DNA from: an uncultured Acidobacteriota bacterium
GTDB lineage: Bacteria > Acidobacteriota > Blastocatellia > Pyrinomonadales > Pyrinomonadaceae
Reading direction: 5' to 3'
Assembly (NCBI GenBank): GCA_963811065.1
Contig: CAWEPR010000016.1
Coordinates: forward strand, 19,816 to 83,815
DNA length: 64,000 nt
Program-made: the position numbers and the translations under genes
Shown: piece after piece, positions 19,490-29,737 of the stretch
Numbering within the stretch: the stretch's first letter is position 1
Layout: each line of letters opens with the position of its first letter
Notes under the pieces: generated by a model
Seen by the model: the letters and a program-made list of their open reading frames with translations, nothing else
Told to the model about the DNA's origin: nothing
Databases searched by the model: none

Positions 19490-19677
19490 TAGCGAGGGCC
19501 TTGCCCCTCTAAATCTCTACCTTCGCGCACAATGGCGACGGCATCAACCACCGGGAGCTTTTCGCCGATCTCGCGCAGACGCCGGAGAGCCTGATGAATC
19601 TCTGCCCGCCGCACTTGTTGCTCAGTTGTGGGCTGTGGTTTGGCTTCATGTTTCAATATTTCCGATTTCTCAGCCAT
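19489..19677 (-). CDS. Putative VapB-type antitoxin
   Basis: 62-aa ORF translationally coupled to the PIN gene. Called by position and size only. Confidence 0.5.
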   Translation of the reverse strand: MAEKSEILKHEAKPQPTTEQQVRRAEIHQALRRLREIGEKLPVVDAVAIVREGRDLEGQGPR

Positions 19678-19741
19678 ATGCCTTCACGCTCCGCCTTGAT
19701 TCTACTATTCCGATACTAATGACGCTAGTGCCCATATTGAT

Positions 19742-20446
19742 TTAGTCTTTGGGAGACTTGCCTAGCATTCCCCTGAGTTCTTCGACACTAAGCGCCTGCT
19801 TTGGATTCATGTGTATGAGCATATGGCAATTAGCGCATACCACAGCAAGCTCACCAAGGGGGGTTAATCTTGGGGCAATATCGGCAGCAAGCTGGTTTCG
19901 ATGATGAACCTGCAACACTCGCACGCCTTTTCCGCCTAGCAACTTTGAATAATCAACTTCACACACCGCGCAAACACCGTCAGACTCTTCCAGCGCAAGG
20001 TCACGTAGATAGCGGCTTCTGCCTCTGACATATTCAAGAACGGAAGCCACATCGTCAGGGATACGAATGCCTGAAAGCTGAGAATCCCAATGCATTTTAC
20101 CAAGCATCCCTCTATCAAGGCTCTTGCGCGGAAATATCTTCTCAACAGAGGGATTCAACAAAACATCAAAGCGGGCCTCAATATATAGGGTGGTCTTACC
20201 GGAAGCAGCTAGAGTTTCATTCCAATGGGCATCTTCATAAGGCGTTGAATCAGCCCAACCAGATGCAACTATCCCTCGCGGATTTTTACCCAAGCGAATT
20301 AGAAATACACGATCATTGACGTGAACACCTTTAGATGCACAACTCCAGTCCCCAAGATAATATTTCCCAGATTTTTCAAATGAGTCGCTAAGGTCATCTC
20401 ACCAATGCCACTGCTTCGGATTCCAAGTTAAGAGGTACGTTGCCAT
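19742..20446 (-). pseudogene. EVE/PUA-like N-terminal domain fused to an HNH nuclease, interrupted by an in-frame TGA at 20399-20401
   Basis: The ATG at 20444-20446 gives MATYLLTWNPKQWHW, then TGA, then in the same frame DDLSDSFEKSGKYYLGDWSCASKGVHVNDRVFLIRLGKNPRGIVASGW. The C-terminus carries CAVCEV...LQVHHRNQ...CANCHMLIH (HNH). I checked the frame codon by codon. Confidence 0.65.
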
Positions 20447-20475
20447 GTCTATACGTGAAGTACCTTGTTATATTT

Positions 20476-22192
20476 TTATGATCGCCCGGCGAAGGATGCC
20501 AGCAGCACCGCTATGGTATCTATGAAACTCCGGCGTGAGCTTGATTCTTCGGGATAATTATTAAGGATGATGGAAAAGACAAGACGCTCGCCCGCGGCGC
20601 TCGTCACGTAGCCTGAGAGCGAGGCGACGCCGCTGATCGTGCCCGTCTTGGCGCGAAGATTGTTTGCCGCCAGAGTTCCGCGCATGCGCGTCCTCAGCGT
20701 GCCGTCTATGCCCGCAATCGGCAGCGATTCACGAAAGGCGTTGGCGTAGCGATGCGTGCTCATGTAGGTGAGCAGTTGCATTGTGCCGCTGGCGGTAATG
20801 TAGTTGTGGCGGGAGAGTCCTGAGCCGTCGGCCTGAACGACCTGACCGCGCGGCTCGACGCCTGCCCCGCGCAGAAAAGTTTTGACCGCCTCGATGCCTT
20901 CGTCTACCGTCGTTCGTTCGGGACTCGAAATAGTCGGATTTGGCGCAGCCGATTTGCCAAGCGTGCGCAGCAGCAACTCTGTGTAAAGATTCTGGCTGGG
21001 CTTCATCGTCTGCGCCGCGATGACGCTCAGGGGAGGTGATTGCACGCTGGCGATTTCGACAAGCGATTCTACCTTGAGCGGTAGCCCCCTCCGTCCTCGC
21101 GCGTCAATCATCTGCGACTGTCCCGTGATAGCCACGCCTTTCGACGCCAGCGAAGAGCGCAGCATGTAAACAAAGACGAGCGCCGGATTAGGAACGGCGA
21201 TGCTACCGATTAGCCCCTTGTCGGTCGCGTCAATTCCAAGCGGCACGCTCCCGCTGATTTCGATGGTGTTAGTGCCGAGCGGACTAACGACTGTGAGGTT
21301 GCGACGCGTTCCGCGCTCTGCGGGGTCGTCGCGCGATTGACAATCGTCACGAGCGGCGTGACAGGCCCGGTCGTCACAATGGCCTGCGCGCCCACGTCGA
21401 GTCCAGGCTTGACGAACAAGTCGAGCGAGTTATCGTTGACCGTTAAAGCAGACACCTCCGCGCCGTAATACCATTGAAGATCGTCCCACTCCCAGCCATA
21501 GCCGAAGTGACTGCCCGTGAAATAGCTTTCATCTCCGATGATGTTGCCTTCAATGCGCTTGACGCCCGTGCCTGCGATGCGCGCCGCGAAATCATCAATC
21601 GCTTTGTAGTAATCACCGTTGTTGAAACTCGCGGCAAACGACGGGTCGCCGCGACCGTAGATGATGAGATCGCCGCGAATCATGCCAGCAGCGTCCGGGG
21701 CAGATGGCACGTAGGCAGAGGTCTTGAAACGGAAGTCTGGCGACAGACGGTCGAGCGCGGCGGCCACCGTGTAAATCTTCATGTTCGAGGCCGGATGCAG
21801 GAGCTTTTCGGCGTTCTCTTCATAAAGCGTGCGCCCCGTGTTGAGCGAAGCCACCTTGACGGACATCTGCGCCGTCGCGAGTTCTGGGATTACGCAGCAC
21901 CTCCTGAATTCGTGCGCGCAGTTCGTCAAGCGTCCTCGGCGCAGTCGTGCTCGGTTTGATAACCGCAGCGTCGGACGCGGTGCGTAGGCTGTGGCGTGGG
22001 CGTCGGGGTCGGCTTCGGGGTCGGCGTCTGCGCTGGTTGCGGTGGTGTGGTCGCGCTGACTCTGCGCTCGCGTTGCGGGCGCTGTTCCTGCGCGCTCAAA
22101 GACGTGAAGGAATTGAAGCCGAGCGCGAGAAGCAGAAGGAGAGCGATGAACGGGGACGTTCTATTCTTTTTAATCATCATGAAGGTTTGCAC
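20476..22192 (-). pseudogene. dacB: D-alanyl-D-alanine carboxypeptidase/endopeptidase (PBP4, peptidase S13), broken by about three frameshifts
   Basis: Three ORF pieces. It has a signal peptide and the SxxK motif PASNMK. Retranslation restores ASDAAVIKPSTTAPRTLDELRARIQEVLRNP near 21890-21985 and AERGTRRNLTVVSPLGTNTIEISGSVPLG near 21320. Confidence 0.7.
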
Positions 22193-22304
22193 GAATTTTC
22201 GAGTCTCTGGAAGAGATGAGAGTATGGCCCAAAAGCATCTTTCAGCGCCAGAAGAAAAGCGCGCGTTCAGGGTCTATTCAATCTTGACTGGGTCGTAAAT
22301 GGCA

Positions 22305-22398
22305 ATTCACCACCGCAGACGCAGAGAACGCAGAGGGGGCACAGAGAAAAGCAAGCCTCCGTGCTTCCTCTGTGTTCTCTGTGCCTGCGGTGGTGAAT
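22305..22398. repeat. Long imperfect palindrome (CGCAGAG-type arms)
   Basis: ATTCACCACCGCAGACGCAGAGAACGCAGAGG opposite CCTCTGTGTTCTCTGTGCCTGCGGTGGTGAAT. Confidence 0.85.
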
Positions 22399-22604
22399 AG
22401 TGTGTTGCTGACATTCAGGTACAAACAAACCTCGCGGCGCGTTTCATCCTTAAGTCTTGACACAGACCATTCAAGGGCATATTTTCACAGCCCAAAGTTT
22501 CGTCAAGCTGTTTAGCGAAAAGCGGCGCATCCGTCCAACCGAGAAATCCTCAAACAGTGCGCTGCAAGCGACGAAAGCTGCGATGCGCCCAAAAGGAGAG
22601 TCCG

Positions 22605-23223
22605 ATGAAAAAATTAACGCTCTTTCTTGTCTTCAGCTTTTTTGCTGCCACCGCACAGGCAGTGCCGCTCTCAATCGTTAATGTCAGCGCGCCGCCCATC
22701 AACTGCGTCTTTGACGCTTCCTGCACGGTCGTCGTCAACGATACCACCGCCCCGATTACTTTGCCCGGCTCAGGCACAGGCTTCTTCCAGTCGCGCACTT
22801 TTCGCGGGTTGCCCGGCTCTCCTGCGGCGGGCAAGCTATGCCTATCTCTATCGCGTTGACATGCAGAAACGCCGTCGGCACATTAAGCCTCGGTTGCGTC
22901 AACTCCGTCACGGTCAACTTCGGCTCTGTCGTGAGCACGCTGGATTTCAATGGCGATGGAAGCAGCACAGAGCAAGTCTTCGTCGTGACGACGGGCGGCA
23001 TCGGCAGCGTCGGGATAGCTTCGGCAGATCAAGTCGGCAACAACATCACCTTTTACATTCAGCCTCTCCGGTCTGCGCGGGCAGCGGCCCCGGAAGCGGG
23101 ACAAAGCTCATTCTTCTGGGGATTGGTTTCCGTCTCGCAGCCCGCGCTTTGTTACCGCCAGCATCACTAATACCCTCGGCCCCGCGCTCAACGTTCAGGG
23201 ACGTGCGCCAAACTATCTTTTAA
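22605..23223 (+). pseudogene. Secreted hypothetical protein fragmented over all three frames
   Basis: The ATG at 22605 follows AAGGAGAG. Signal peptide MKKLTLFLVFSFFAATAQA. Protein-like segments alternate between the frames of ORFs 22557-22859, 22627-23223 and 22838-23170. The end coordinate is uncertain. Confidence 0.4.
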
Positions 23224-23250
23224 GGCTTGGCGGCAAACGGAGAGGATAGA

Positions 23251-23334
23251 GCAGTGATCAGTGGTCAGTAAAATACAGGCGATAAGCCGTGCTGAACTTT
23301 TGTCTTTAACTGACCACTGACCACCGACCACTGC
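23251..23334. repeat. Heptad-periodic palindromic element, CAGTGGT family
   Basis: GCAGTGAT CAGTGGT CAGT opposite ACTG ACCACTG ACCACCG ACCACTGC. Confidence 0.85.
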
Positions 23335-23337
23335 TTT

Positions 23338-24516
23338 TCAAACCGCCCGTGCGTACCAGTTCCAGACCAGTTCAGTCCAGGTCTGGTAGCCCTGCGCGGT
23401 CGGGTGCTTGCCGTCTGCCGCTCGCGGCACTTTGAGGTCGTTTGAGTTATAGAAATGTCCCGGCTGGAAATTTTCTTCAATCACCTGCACGAGTCCCTAA
23501 ATCCGGTTTCCAACTCGGCGGGCCAATCCAGTAAGCCGGGGCGTGCGCCGATCTCCTCGACCATCTGTTTGATTAAGGGCGCGCGCAGGGCGGGTTGTTC
23601 AATGAAGATTTCGTTTGAGCCGAGCGCGATAAAGATTACGTCCGGTTGGTGACGCGCAAGCATCTCGCGCAGCTTTCCTGAACCCTGCCACCAGACGATC
23701 GTCGAGCTGCGCTCCTGCCCGTTGATGAAGCGCCCGCCCACCTCCTCAACCTTCTTTTGCAGCCAGGGGCCGACGCCTTCGGCCATCGAATCGCCGACGA
23801 GCAGCACCGTCTTGTTCGTGAGCGAGAGAGGAAAAGCACCCGCACCTTCAGCCCAGACCGTGAACTCAGCTTCGCCCCCGACGTTCATGCGCGCCGTGCC
23901 ACTGACGATTGTGCCCTGCGCGTTCGTCAATTGAAGCGTGCCGCCGTTGAAAGGAATCTCCCATGGCAGCGGCTTGTCCGGCGCGCTCATTTCACGTCCA
24001 CGTCCGCGCAATCTCCATCAAAACTCAAACTAAAATGCAAAGTGCGGTCTTCGCCCAGACTCAAGCCGACTCCCTGCGGCGCGCAGCGCAAGGCCTTCGC
24101 TTTGACTTGCGGCAGCCGCCCCAGAGGCAACGCTCTGACTATCTCAATCGCGGCGGTCGCCTCGCGGCCTTCCCATGAGCTTTTCAAAGTCACGCGTCCC
24201 GGCTTCAATGCCGTGAGAGTTCCGTCTTCGCCAACAGAAGCAAGCCCTTCGTCCGACACGCTCCATTTGGCCGTGATGGGCGCGCGCAGAAAATCGCGGA
24301 TTGAGGCTGCGTGCGCGCTGTCAATGTCCCACTGCTCGCGGTATTCCTCGTAAGCCAGCAAGGCGCGACTTCTGCCCGACCGCAAGATGCGTGAGATTAC
24401 GCGCAATGCCGATTCTTAAAACATCCCGCACAGGCTTTCTGTTACAGGCAGAGAACAAAGAGATTGCGATCAGCGCGAGCGCGCCGAAGGTATATGAGTT
24501 GGGGGCGACTCTTCAT
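23338..24516 (-). pseudogene. Lipoprotein with a Big_2-like Ig domain and an SGNH/GDSL hydrolase domain, several frameshifts
   Basis: A lipobox-like leader (FGALALIAISLFSACNRKP) is recovered near 24440-24516. The Big_2-like block is LTALKPGRVTLKSSWEGREATAAIEIV. The SGNH-like part is LLVGDSMAEG...IALGSNE. The C-terminus AYWIGPPSWKPD then GLVQVIEENFQPGHFYNSNDLKVPRAADGKHPTAQGY lies in two other frames. Confidence 0.5.
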
Positions 24517-24541
24517 CGTAAAACCTCTAACGATTTCGGAT

Positions 24542-24611
24542 AATGCGGCTTGCGGAATGCAGGAATTAAGAACAGACCAGTCAGCTTGTCTTTTTAATCC
24601 GCAATCCGTCC
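24542..24611. repeat. Palindromic element, TGCGGAA/TGCGGAT family (degenerate)
   Basis: AATGCGGCTTGCGGAATGCAGGAATTAAG opposite TTAATCCGCAATCCGTCC. The right arm encodes the C-terminal tail of the kinase ORF. Confidence 0.65.
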
Positions 24612-25624
24612 ATCCATGTTAGTTCTTTCGTCAATTCCCGCTGGATGGAATTAACCAATTCTTCTGCGCTGGCAGTGGCTGTACCCACTTTCCCAACGAC
24701 GATTCCGGCGGCGTGATTTGCGAGGATCGCCGCTTCGAGCATTGACGCTTTGCCTGCGAGCGCCGCCGCGAGCGTGGCGATGACAGTATCGCCTGCGCCC
24801 GTCACGTCGTAAACCTCGCGCGCGACCGTTTCGACGTAAACCGGCTCGTGATAACTTTCCAGCAGCATCATGCCCCGCTCGCCGCGCGTAATCAAGACCG
24901 ACTCGCAATCCAGCCGCCCGCGAATCAAATGCGCCGCCCTCTTCAAGCCCTCGTCGCTCTGGTCTTCCATGTTCGAGAGCCGCAGCGCTTCATGATGATT
25001 CGGCGTCACTAGCGTCGCCGGGCGGTAGGCATCGAAGTTGCGAATCTTCGGGTCAACCAGAACAGGAATGCCGCGCTCGTAAGCCAGCGGCAGAATTTCT
25101 GCGAGGACGCGCGGCGTCACAGCGCCCTTATCATAATCGGAAACGACGAAAGCGTCAGCCTCTGGAATGCTTCTGGTCAGGACTTCGATGATGCGTTCTT
25201 CCGTCTTCTCATCAACGGGGTCACGCCGCTCGCGGTCTGCGCGCACGACGAGTTGGCTGTGCGCGATGATGCGCGTCTTGAGCGTGGTCGGTCGGCTCTC
25301 GTCAACAATCAACGTGTCATGCAATGCCGCGCCCGCTTCTTTCAACTCCGCGCGCAGTCGCTCGCCCGCGGAATCGTTTCCCGTCACCCCGACCACACCG
25401 GCGCGCGCGCCGAGCGCCACGAGGTTCGCCAGGACATTCGCCGCGCCGCCCAGATGGACGGATTCGCGCCGGATGTCCACCACCGGCACAGGCGCTTCAG
25501 GACTAATGCGCGTCACATCGCCCCAGACAAACTCGTCCAGCATCACATCGCCATAGACGACGATGAAACGCTCGCTCGCGCGGCGCAGCACTTCGTCGGC
25601 ACGCTGTTGTGTTATTTGATTCAT
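24581..25624 (-). CDS. D-glycero-beta-D-manno-heptose-7-phosphate kinase (RfaE domain I / HldE kinase-like, PfkB family)
   Basis: VVYGDVMLDEFVWGDVTRISPEAPVPVV is characteristic of RfaE domain I. The C-terminal GAGDT motif fits the PfkB family. Confidence 0.75.
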   Translation of the reverse strand: MNQITQQRADEVLRRASERFIVVYGDVMLDEFVWGDVTRISPEAPVPVVDIRRESVHLGGAANVLANLVALGARAGVVGVTGNDSAGERLRAELKEAGAALHDTLIVDESRPTTLKTRIIAHSQLVVRADRERRDPVDEKTEERIIEVLTRSIPEADAFVVSDYDKGAVTPRVLAEILPLAYERGIPVLVDPKIRNFDAYRPATLVTPNHHEALRLSNMEDQSDEGLKRAAHLIRGRLDCESVLITRGERGMMLLESYHEPVYVETVAREVYDVTGAGDTVIATLAAALAGKASMLEAAILANHAAGIVVGKVGTATASAEELVNSIQRELTKELTWMDGLRIKKTS

Positions 25625-25628
25625 AAAA

Positions 25629-25690
25629 CAGTGGTCAGTGGTCAGTAATCTGTTATCAGCTTTTTGCTTTTGACTGACTACTAATTACTC
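25629..25690. repeat. Heptad-periodic element, CAGTGGT family (degenerate right arm)
   Basis: CAGTGGT CAGTGGT CAGTAAT CTGTTAT CAG opposite GACTGACTACTAATTACTC. Confidence 0.7.
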
Positions 25691-26819
25691 TTTCAATTGC
25701 TGCCGTCACGCGCTCGACCGTCACGCGGCGGATGCATTCGGGCTGGTCGAACTCGGCGCAGGTGTAGCCGGGGCACGGCTGGCAGGGAAGTTCTTCGCGA
25801 ACGACTTCCGACGGCGCTACAGCCCACGGACGCCAGTGCGCGACGTTGGATGAGCCGAAGATGACGACCGAAGGCGTGCCGACGGCTGCCGCGATGTGCG
25901 CCACACCGCTATCATTGCCGACGAAAAGACGCGAGCGCGCCGAGAGCGCCGTGACTTCCGGCAATGAGAGGTCTGTGAAAGCGTTGATGCGAGCCTGCGA
26001 ATTTTCGACAAGCGTTGCGATGACCTGCTTTTCATTCGGCGCGGCGATGGCTACGCAATTGAAGCCACGCGCCGAAAGCTCCTCCGCGACGCGCGCAAAG
26101 TTGCTGGTCGCCCACTGCTTTGTGTCGAACGCGGCAGCCGGATGAATCAGCGCGAGCGGCTTGGCTTCATCCACACGCGCCGCTTGAAGTCTCTCTGCAA
26201 CTCTCAGTTTTGCTTTCTCGGTGACGGCCAACTGCGTTCGGGGACGATCCGACACGGGCACTCCCGTCCAGCCGATGAGCGCGAGTTGCTGCTCGACCGA
26301 ATGTGTTTTCTCGGTTCCCCACAATTCAGAGGCAGGCGGCGCGGCGTGGTTGAGCAGTCGGCTGTACTGGTAATCCTGATAGCCGACGCGATGCTTCGCC
26401 CCGGATGATCTGGTCAAAAGCGTGGCGGTCGTTCCGCCGTGAAGGTTGTAAGCGACATCATAACGCTCGGCACGGAGGCGACGAGCAACGCGTGCGCGCG
26501 AGACAGTGCTGCCACGCTCGACCGTGATGACGTTATCCACTACCTCGCTGCCTTCCAGAATGGGCGCGACCCAGCTTTCGAGCAGCACGTCTATCTGTAC
26601 ATGGGGCAGAAAACGGCGCAGAGCATAAAGCGATGGGGTCGCCAGCACCGTGTCGCCGATTGAGCGCAGGCGCACGACCAGCACACGACGCACCTCGCGC
26701 CAGTCCCAGCGCGCGGGTGCGAGCGGTTGCGCCCCACTCTCCAAATCGCGCAGGTGATCGCCCGCGAGAGCGTGCCAACCGTTAATCAGCGGCTCAGGCT
26801 TTTCCAGCAGACTCTTCAT
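25656..26819 (-). CDS. Glycosyltransferase family 9 (LPS heptosyltransferase-like)
   Basis: [19 protein letters not shown]-terminal motif and C-terminal [18 protein letters not shown], both typical of GT9. Confidence 0.75.
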   Translation of the reverse strand: MKSLLEKPEPLINGWHALAGDHLRDLESGAQPLAPARWDWREVRRVLVVRLRSIGDTVLATPSLYALRRFLPHVQIDVLLESWVAPILEGSEVVDNVITVERGSTVSRARVARRLRAERYDVAYNLHGGTTATLLTRSSGAKHRVGYQDYQYSRLLNHAAPPASELWGTEKTHSVEQQLALIGWTGVPVSDRPRTQLAVTEKAKLRVAERLQAARVDEAKPLALIHPAAAFDTKQWATSNFARVAEELSARGFNCVAIAAPNEKQVIATLVENSQARINAFTDLSLPEVTALSARSRLFVGNDSGVAHIAAAVGTPSVVIFGSSNVAHWRPWAVAPSEVVREELPCQPCPGYTCAEFDQPECIRRVTVERVTAAIERVISSQSKAKS

Positions 26820-26985
26820 CTTCCACAGGCGCTTCGGCCACCAACATCACCGGAATGTCATCACGAATCGGATAGACGCGCCTGCACTCGGTGCATTTCA
26901 ACCCGCTCGCGTCCGGCTTCAATTCGACTTTAGCCTTGCACGCGGGGCAGGCAAGTATCTCCAACAAATCTTGACTAATCGCCAT
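26794..26985 (-). CDS. Trm112 family small zinc-ribbon protein
   Basis: [15 protein letters not shown]...[24 protein letters not shown] matches the Trm112/YcaR pattern. Confidence 0.6.
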   Translation of the reverse strand: MAISQDLLEILACPACKAKVELKPDASGLKCTECRRVYPIRDDIPVMLVAEAPVEDEESAGKA

Positions 26986-27103
26986 TCTCTAAACCTCTTA
27001 ATATCTGAGCCACGCTACTGCTATCGCTTGTCTACTATGAAGAAGCCTCACATGGCTCGCATCCGAAAGAGAGCAAGATTATCAGAAAACAGGGAGAAGA
27101 ACT

Positions 27104-27189
27104 AAGTGATGAATGATAAGTAATGAGTAATGAGTTAAAAGCAAGAAATTGTCTTTCACTCAGCACTCATTACTTATCATTCATCACTT
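27104..27189. repeat. Heptad-periodic palindromic element, AGTGATG/AGTAATG family
   Basis: AGTGATG AATGATA AGTAATG AGTAATG AGT opposite ACTCAGCACTCATTACTTATCATTCATCACT. Confidence 0.9.
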
Positions 27190-28524
27190 CTTTTCCACTG
27201 TCATTCGCATACCATGTTTCGGGCGCAGGGTGATGACCGGCAGGGTCTCGACACGGTGGCCGGGGACGAGGCGCATGCGCCAGTTGCGCGCAAGCGAAGC
27301 GAGTAGCAGAATTCCTTCCATCCACGCGAACCCTTCGCCGATGCAGCGACGCGTGCCTCCGCCGAATGGAAAGTAGGCGAACTGCGGTCTTGACTCTTTA
27401 GCTTCCGGCGTCCAGCGCTCAGGGTCAAAGCGCGTCGGGTCTGGAAAGTATCGCTCGTCGCGGTGCGTCACATACGGACTCAGCAGCACGAGCGCCTTTG
27501 CGGGGATGGTGTAGCCGCCGACTTCGTGATCATGAAGCGCGAGACGGCCAATCGCCCACGCAGGCGGATAGAGCCGCATGGATTCCGCCACCACCATCTC
27601 CGTGTAGCGCAAGGAAGGCACGTCTTCAACCGTCGGCTGCCTTCCCTTTAGCACCGCGTTGAGTTCCTCATGCAGCTTTGCTTCTACCTCCGGGTGTTCA
27701 GAGAGCAAATACCACGTCCACGTCATCAAGTTAGCAGTCGTTTCGTGACCGGCGAGAAAAAGCGTCATCACTTCATCGCGCACTTGCTCGTCGTTCATCT
27801 GCCCGCCGTCACCCTCTTCGTCGCGCGCGGCCAACAACATCGAGAGCAAATCGCCGCGATCTTCATTGCTTCGTCTTCTCTCTTCGATGATGCGATAGAT
27901 CGTCTCGTCCAGACGCGCCCTCGCTTTCTGGAAACGACGCACATGCGGCAGCGGGAGCCGCTCCAGCAACTCGGAGAAGGGCAGCAAGAGGAAATCGAAC
28001 AACTCCATGACGGAGGTCAGCGCCGCGCCGATCTCGTCTGCTTCCGCTTCAACGTCCGTATCGAACAAGGTCTTCCCGACAATGGCGAGTGTCAGGCGCA
28101 TCATCTCCTGCGAGATGTCAAGCGTCTCGCCGTCATGCCAGCGCGCGGCGGTGCGCGCGGCGTAGTCCGTCATGACCGAGCCGTAAGAGGCGATGCGTCC
28201 GCGATGAAAGGCTGGCTGAGCGAGACGCCGCTGCCGACGATGAAAGTTGCCTTCGCTGGTCAGGAGTCCTTCGCCGAGCAATCGCTTGGCGCGTTGGAGC
28301 GCGCGGCCTTTCATGAAGCTCTGGTGATGTGTGACCAGCACGTCCCTGATGTAGTCAGGGTGATTGAGAAAGAAAACATCCTGCGGGCCGAAGCGAAGAT
28401 AAACTATGTCGCCATGTTCGCTGGTGGCCTTCTGCAAATAGGCGAGAGAATCGCGGCGAAAGGCTGTGAAATTGCCGCCGAGCAGCTTGCCTTTCGGGCC
28501 GGGGGGATAATTGAGCGTTGCCAA
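27184..28524 (-). CDS. Cytochrome P450
   Basis: Heme-binding loop [14 protein letters not shown], ExxR (ESMR), and an I-helix LAGHETT. Confidence 0.9.
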   Translation of the reverse strand: MATLNYPPGPKGKLLGGNFTAFRRDSLAYLQKATSEHGDIVYLRFGPQDVFFLNHPDYIRDVLVTHHQSFMKGRALQRAKRLLGEGLLTSEGNFHRRQRRLAQPAFHRGRIASYGSVMTDYAARTAARWHDGETLDISQEMMRLTLAIVGKTLFDTDVEAEADEIGAALTSVMELFDFLLLPFSELLERLPLPHVRRFQKARARLDETIYRIIEERRRSNEDRGDLLSMLLAARDEEGDGGQMNDEQVRDEVMTLFLAGHETTANLMTWTWYLLSEHPEVEAKLHEELNAVLKGRQPTVEDVPSLRYTEMVVAESMRLYPPAWAIGRLALHDHEVGGYTIPAKALVLLSPYVTHRDERYFPDPTRFDPERWTPEAKESRPQFAYFPFGGGTRRCIGEGFAWMEGILLLASLARNWRMRLVPGHRVETLPVITLRPKHGMRMTVEKK

Positions 28525-28538
28525 CTGTCACTCCTTAC

Positions 28539-28617
28539 AAATGCGGATTGCGGATTAATAAGACGCTTTGCTAGATTCAAGAATATGTCTTTCAATCCGC
28601 AATCCGCAATCCGCAAT
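28539..28617. repeat. Heptad-periodic palindromic element, TGCGGAT family, in a divergent promoter region
   Basis: AAATGCGGATTGCGGATTAAT opposite TTCAATCCGCAATCCGCAATCCGCAAT, between the P450 start (28524) and the plus-strand gene start (28706). Confidence 0.9.
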
Positions 28618-28705
28618 CGTCAGCCGCCTTGCCCTTCACACGCTCGTGTGATAGTGATGAAAGGCGAAGCAAGGCCGTACTGGTTAGACGCAAGGGGTTA
28701 AAGGT

Positions 28706-29467
28706 TTGTCTTTAGAATTTACCGTTGAGTATCCATGCAGTTTGCGCGCTCGTTATTCGGAAGAGCATCTGCGCGCGTGGGGGCGTCTGAGCAACATTCA
28801 CACGCGCCTGACGACGGGTGAAGAGCACGCGCCGACCGAAGATAAGGTGCGCTTTGTCGAAAACGCGCGCGGAGAGCTTGAGCGAACACAGTCAGAGACA
28901 ATCGTGTGTGAGACGTGCCCTGCGTGCCTGCCGCGCGAGACGGCTGGCGAAGGTGAGTTGGTCGGCTGTCTTGGCCGCGTCACGTATCCGGTCGAAGCGC
29001 AGTTTGAGAAATTCTTAGCCGACCGCGCACAACTTGCGCTCGATACGCTGGACAAGGAAGATCAACCGCGGCTCTTACGCATCCTGGTTGATGCCGAATC
29101 GCCTTTCGACGGAGAAGGCACGAAGGAGTTGCGGCGTGTCACGACCCAGCAGGGCCTGCGCTTCTTTGAGCTTCGCCTGCCGATCAAGCTCACGCGCGAG
29201 GCCGCGCACCTGACGACGGACAATCTCTTCGATCTGCTCGCCGGATTCCGCTCCACTGATTCCGAACAGACCTCTTACACGCGCGAGCTGCCGCATGCGG
29301 CGACCGCTGACTATTACGATTTCCTGGACTACGTTCTGCGCAACGATCTCTCCGAAAGCGAGCGAGCGCGCCTGCACGCACGCAGCAAAAACTACGCGCA
29401 ATTCCTGCGCCTGCTCGCCGCACTCGAACGCGCCGAAGCTCTCAGTGCAAGAGTGTTGCTGGATTAA
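28706..29467 (+). CDS. Hypothetical protein, unknown family
   Basis: 253-aa ORF with normal composition, including a CETCPAC motif. Divergent from the P450 gene. Confidence 0.4.
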   Translation: MSLEFTVEYPCSLRARYSEEHLRAWGRLSNIHTRLTTGEEHAPTEDKVRFVENARGELERTQSETIVCETCPACLPRETAGEGELVGCLGRVTYPVEAQFEKFLADRAQLALDTLDKEDQPRLLRILVDAESPFDGEGTKELRRVTTQQGLRFFELRLPIKLTREAAHLTTDNLFDLLAGFRSTDSEQTSYTRELPHAATADYYDFLDYVLRNDLSESERARLHARSKNYAQFLRLLAALERAEALSARVLLD

Positions 29468-29536
29468 TGTGTAAAATGCATTCGTCAAATTTCGACTGGA
29501 CACAAATAAGTTTGAGCTAAGAATGAGGTGTGGAAG

Positions 29537-29737
29537 ATGCAAACGATGAAAGGTGTTCAATTCGTTACCGATGTCGAAGGAAACAGGGTTGCAGTTGTTT
29601 TAGACCTTCAAGAATGGGGAGAACTCTGGGAAGACATTTATGACAATATGCTTGCCAGTGAGCGTGCTGAAGAGCCGGGAATGACGCTTGACCACTTTGA
29701 AGCGGAATTGCGCGAAGAAGGATTGCTGAGTGAGTAG
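29537..29737 (+). CDS. Putative antitoxin of a RelE/ParE pair
   Basis: Small acidic ORF (VEGNRVAVVLDLQEWGELWEDIYD) overlapping the start of the toxin gene by 8 nt. Confidence 0.55.
   Translation: MQTMKGVQFVTDVEGNRVAVVLDLQEWGELWEDIYDNMLASERAEEPGMTLDHFEAELREEGLLSE

Noticed and set aside
20399-20401. The in-frame TGA in the EVE-HNH nuclease gene as a selenocysteine codon, tempting because selB is in the same window
   Set aside because: I see no SECIS-like hairpin in the 60 nt downstream of the TGA. The position follows a structural TWNPxxWxW motif rather than a redox-type Cys site, and nucleases of this type are not known selenoproteins. A nonsense mutation or a sequence error is more likely.
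19050-20470. Calling the A/T-richer vapBC/HNH islet, or the 47.85-49.35 kb stretch, a mobile element
   Set aside because: No integrase, transposase, tRNA attachment site or flanking direct repeats are visible. Only composition and gene content suggest horizontal origin.
27670-28701. The 343-aa plus-strand ORF and similar long ORFs (522-1331, 8163-8843, 31198-31995, 40647-42038, 53494-54555)
   Set aside because: Each lies antisense to a gene with strong family motifs and has Arg/Ala/Gly-rich low-information composition typical of shadow ORFs in GC-rich DNA.
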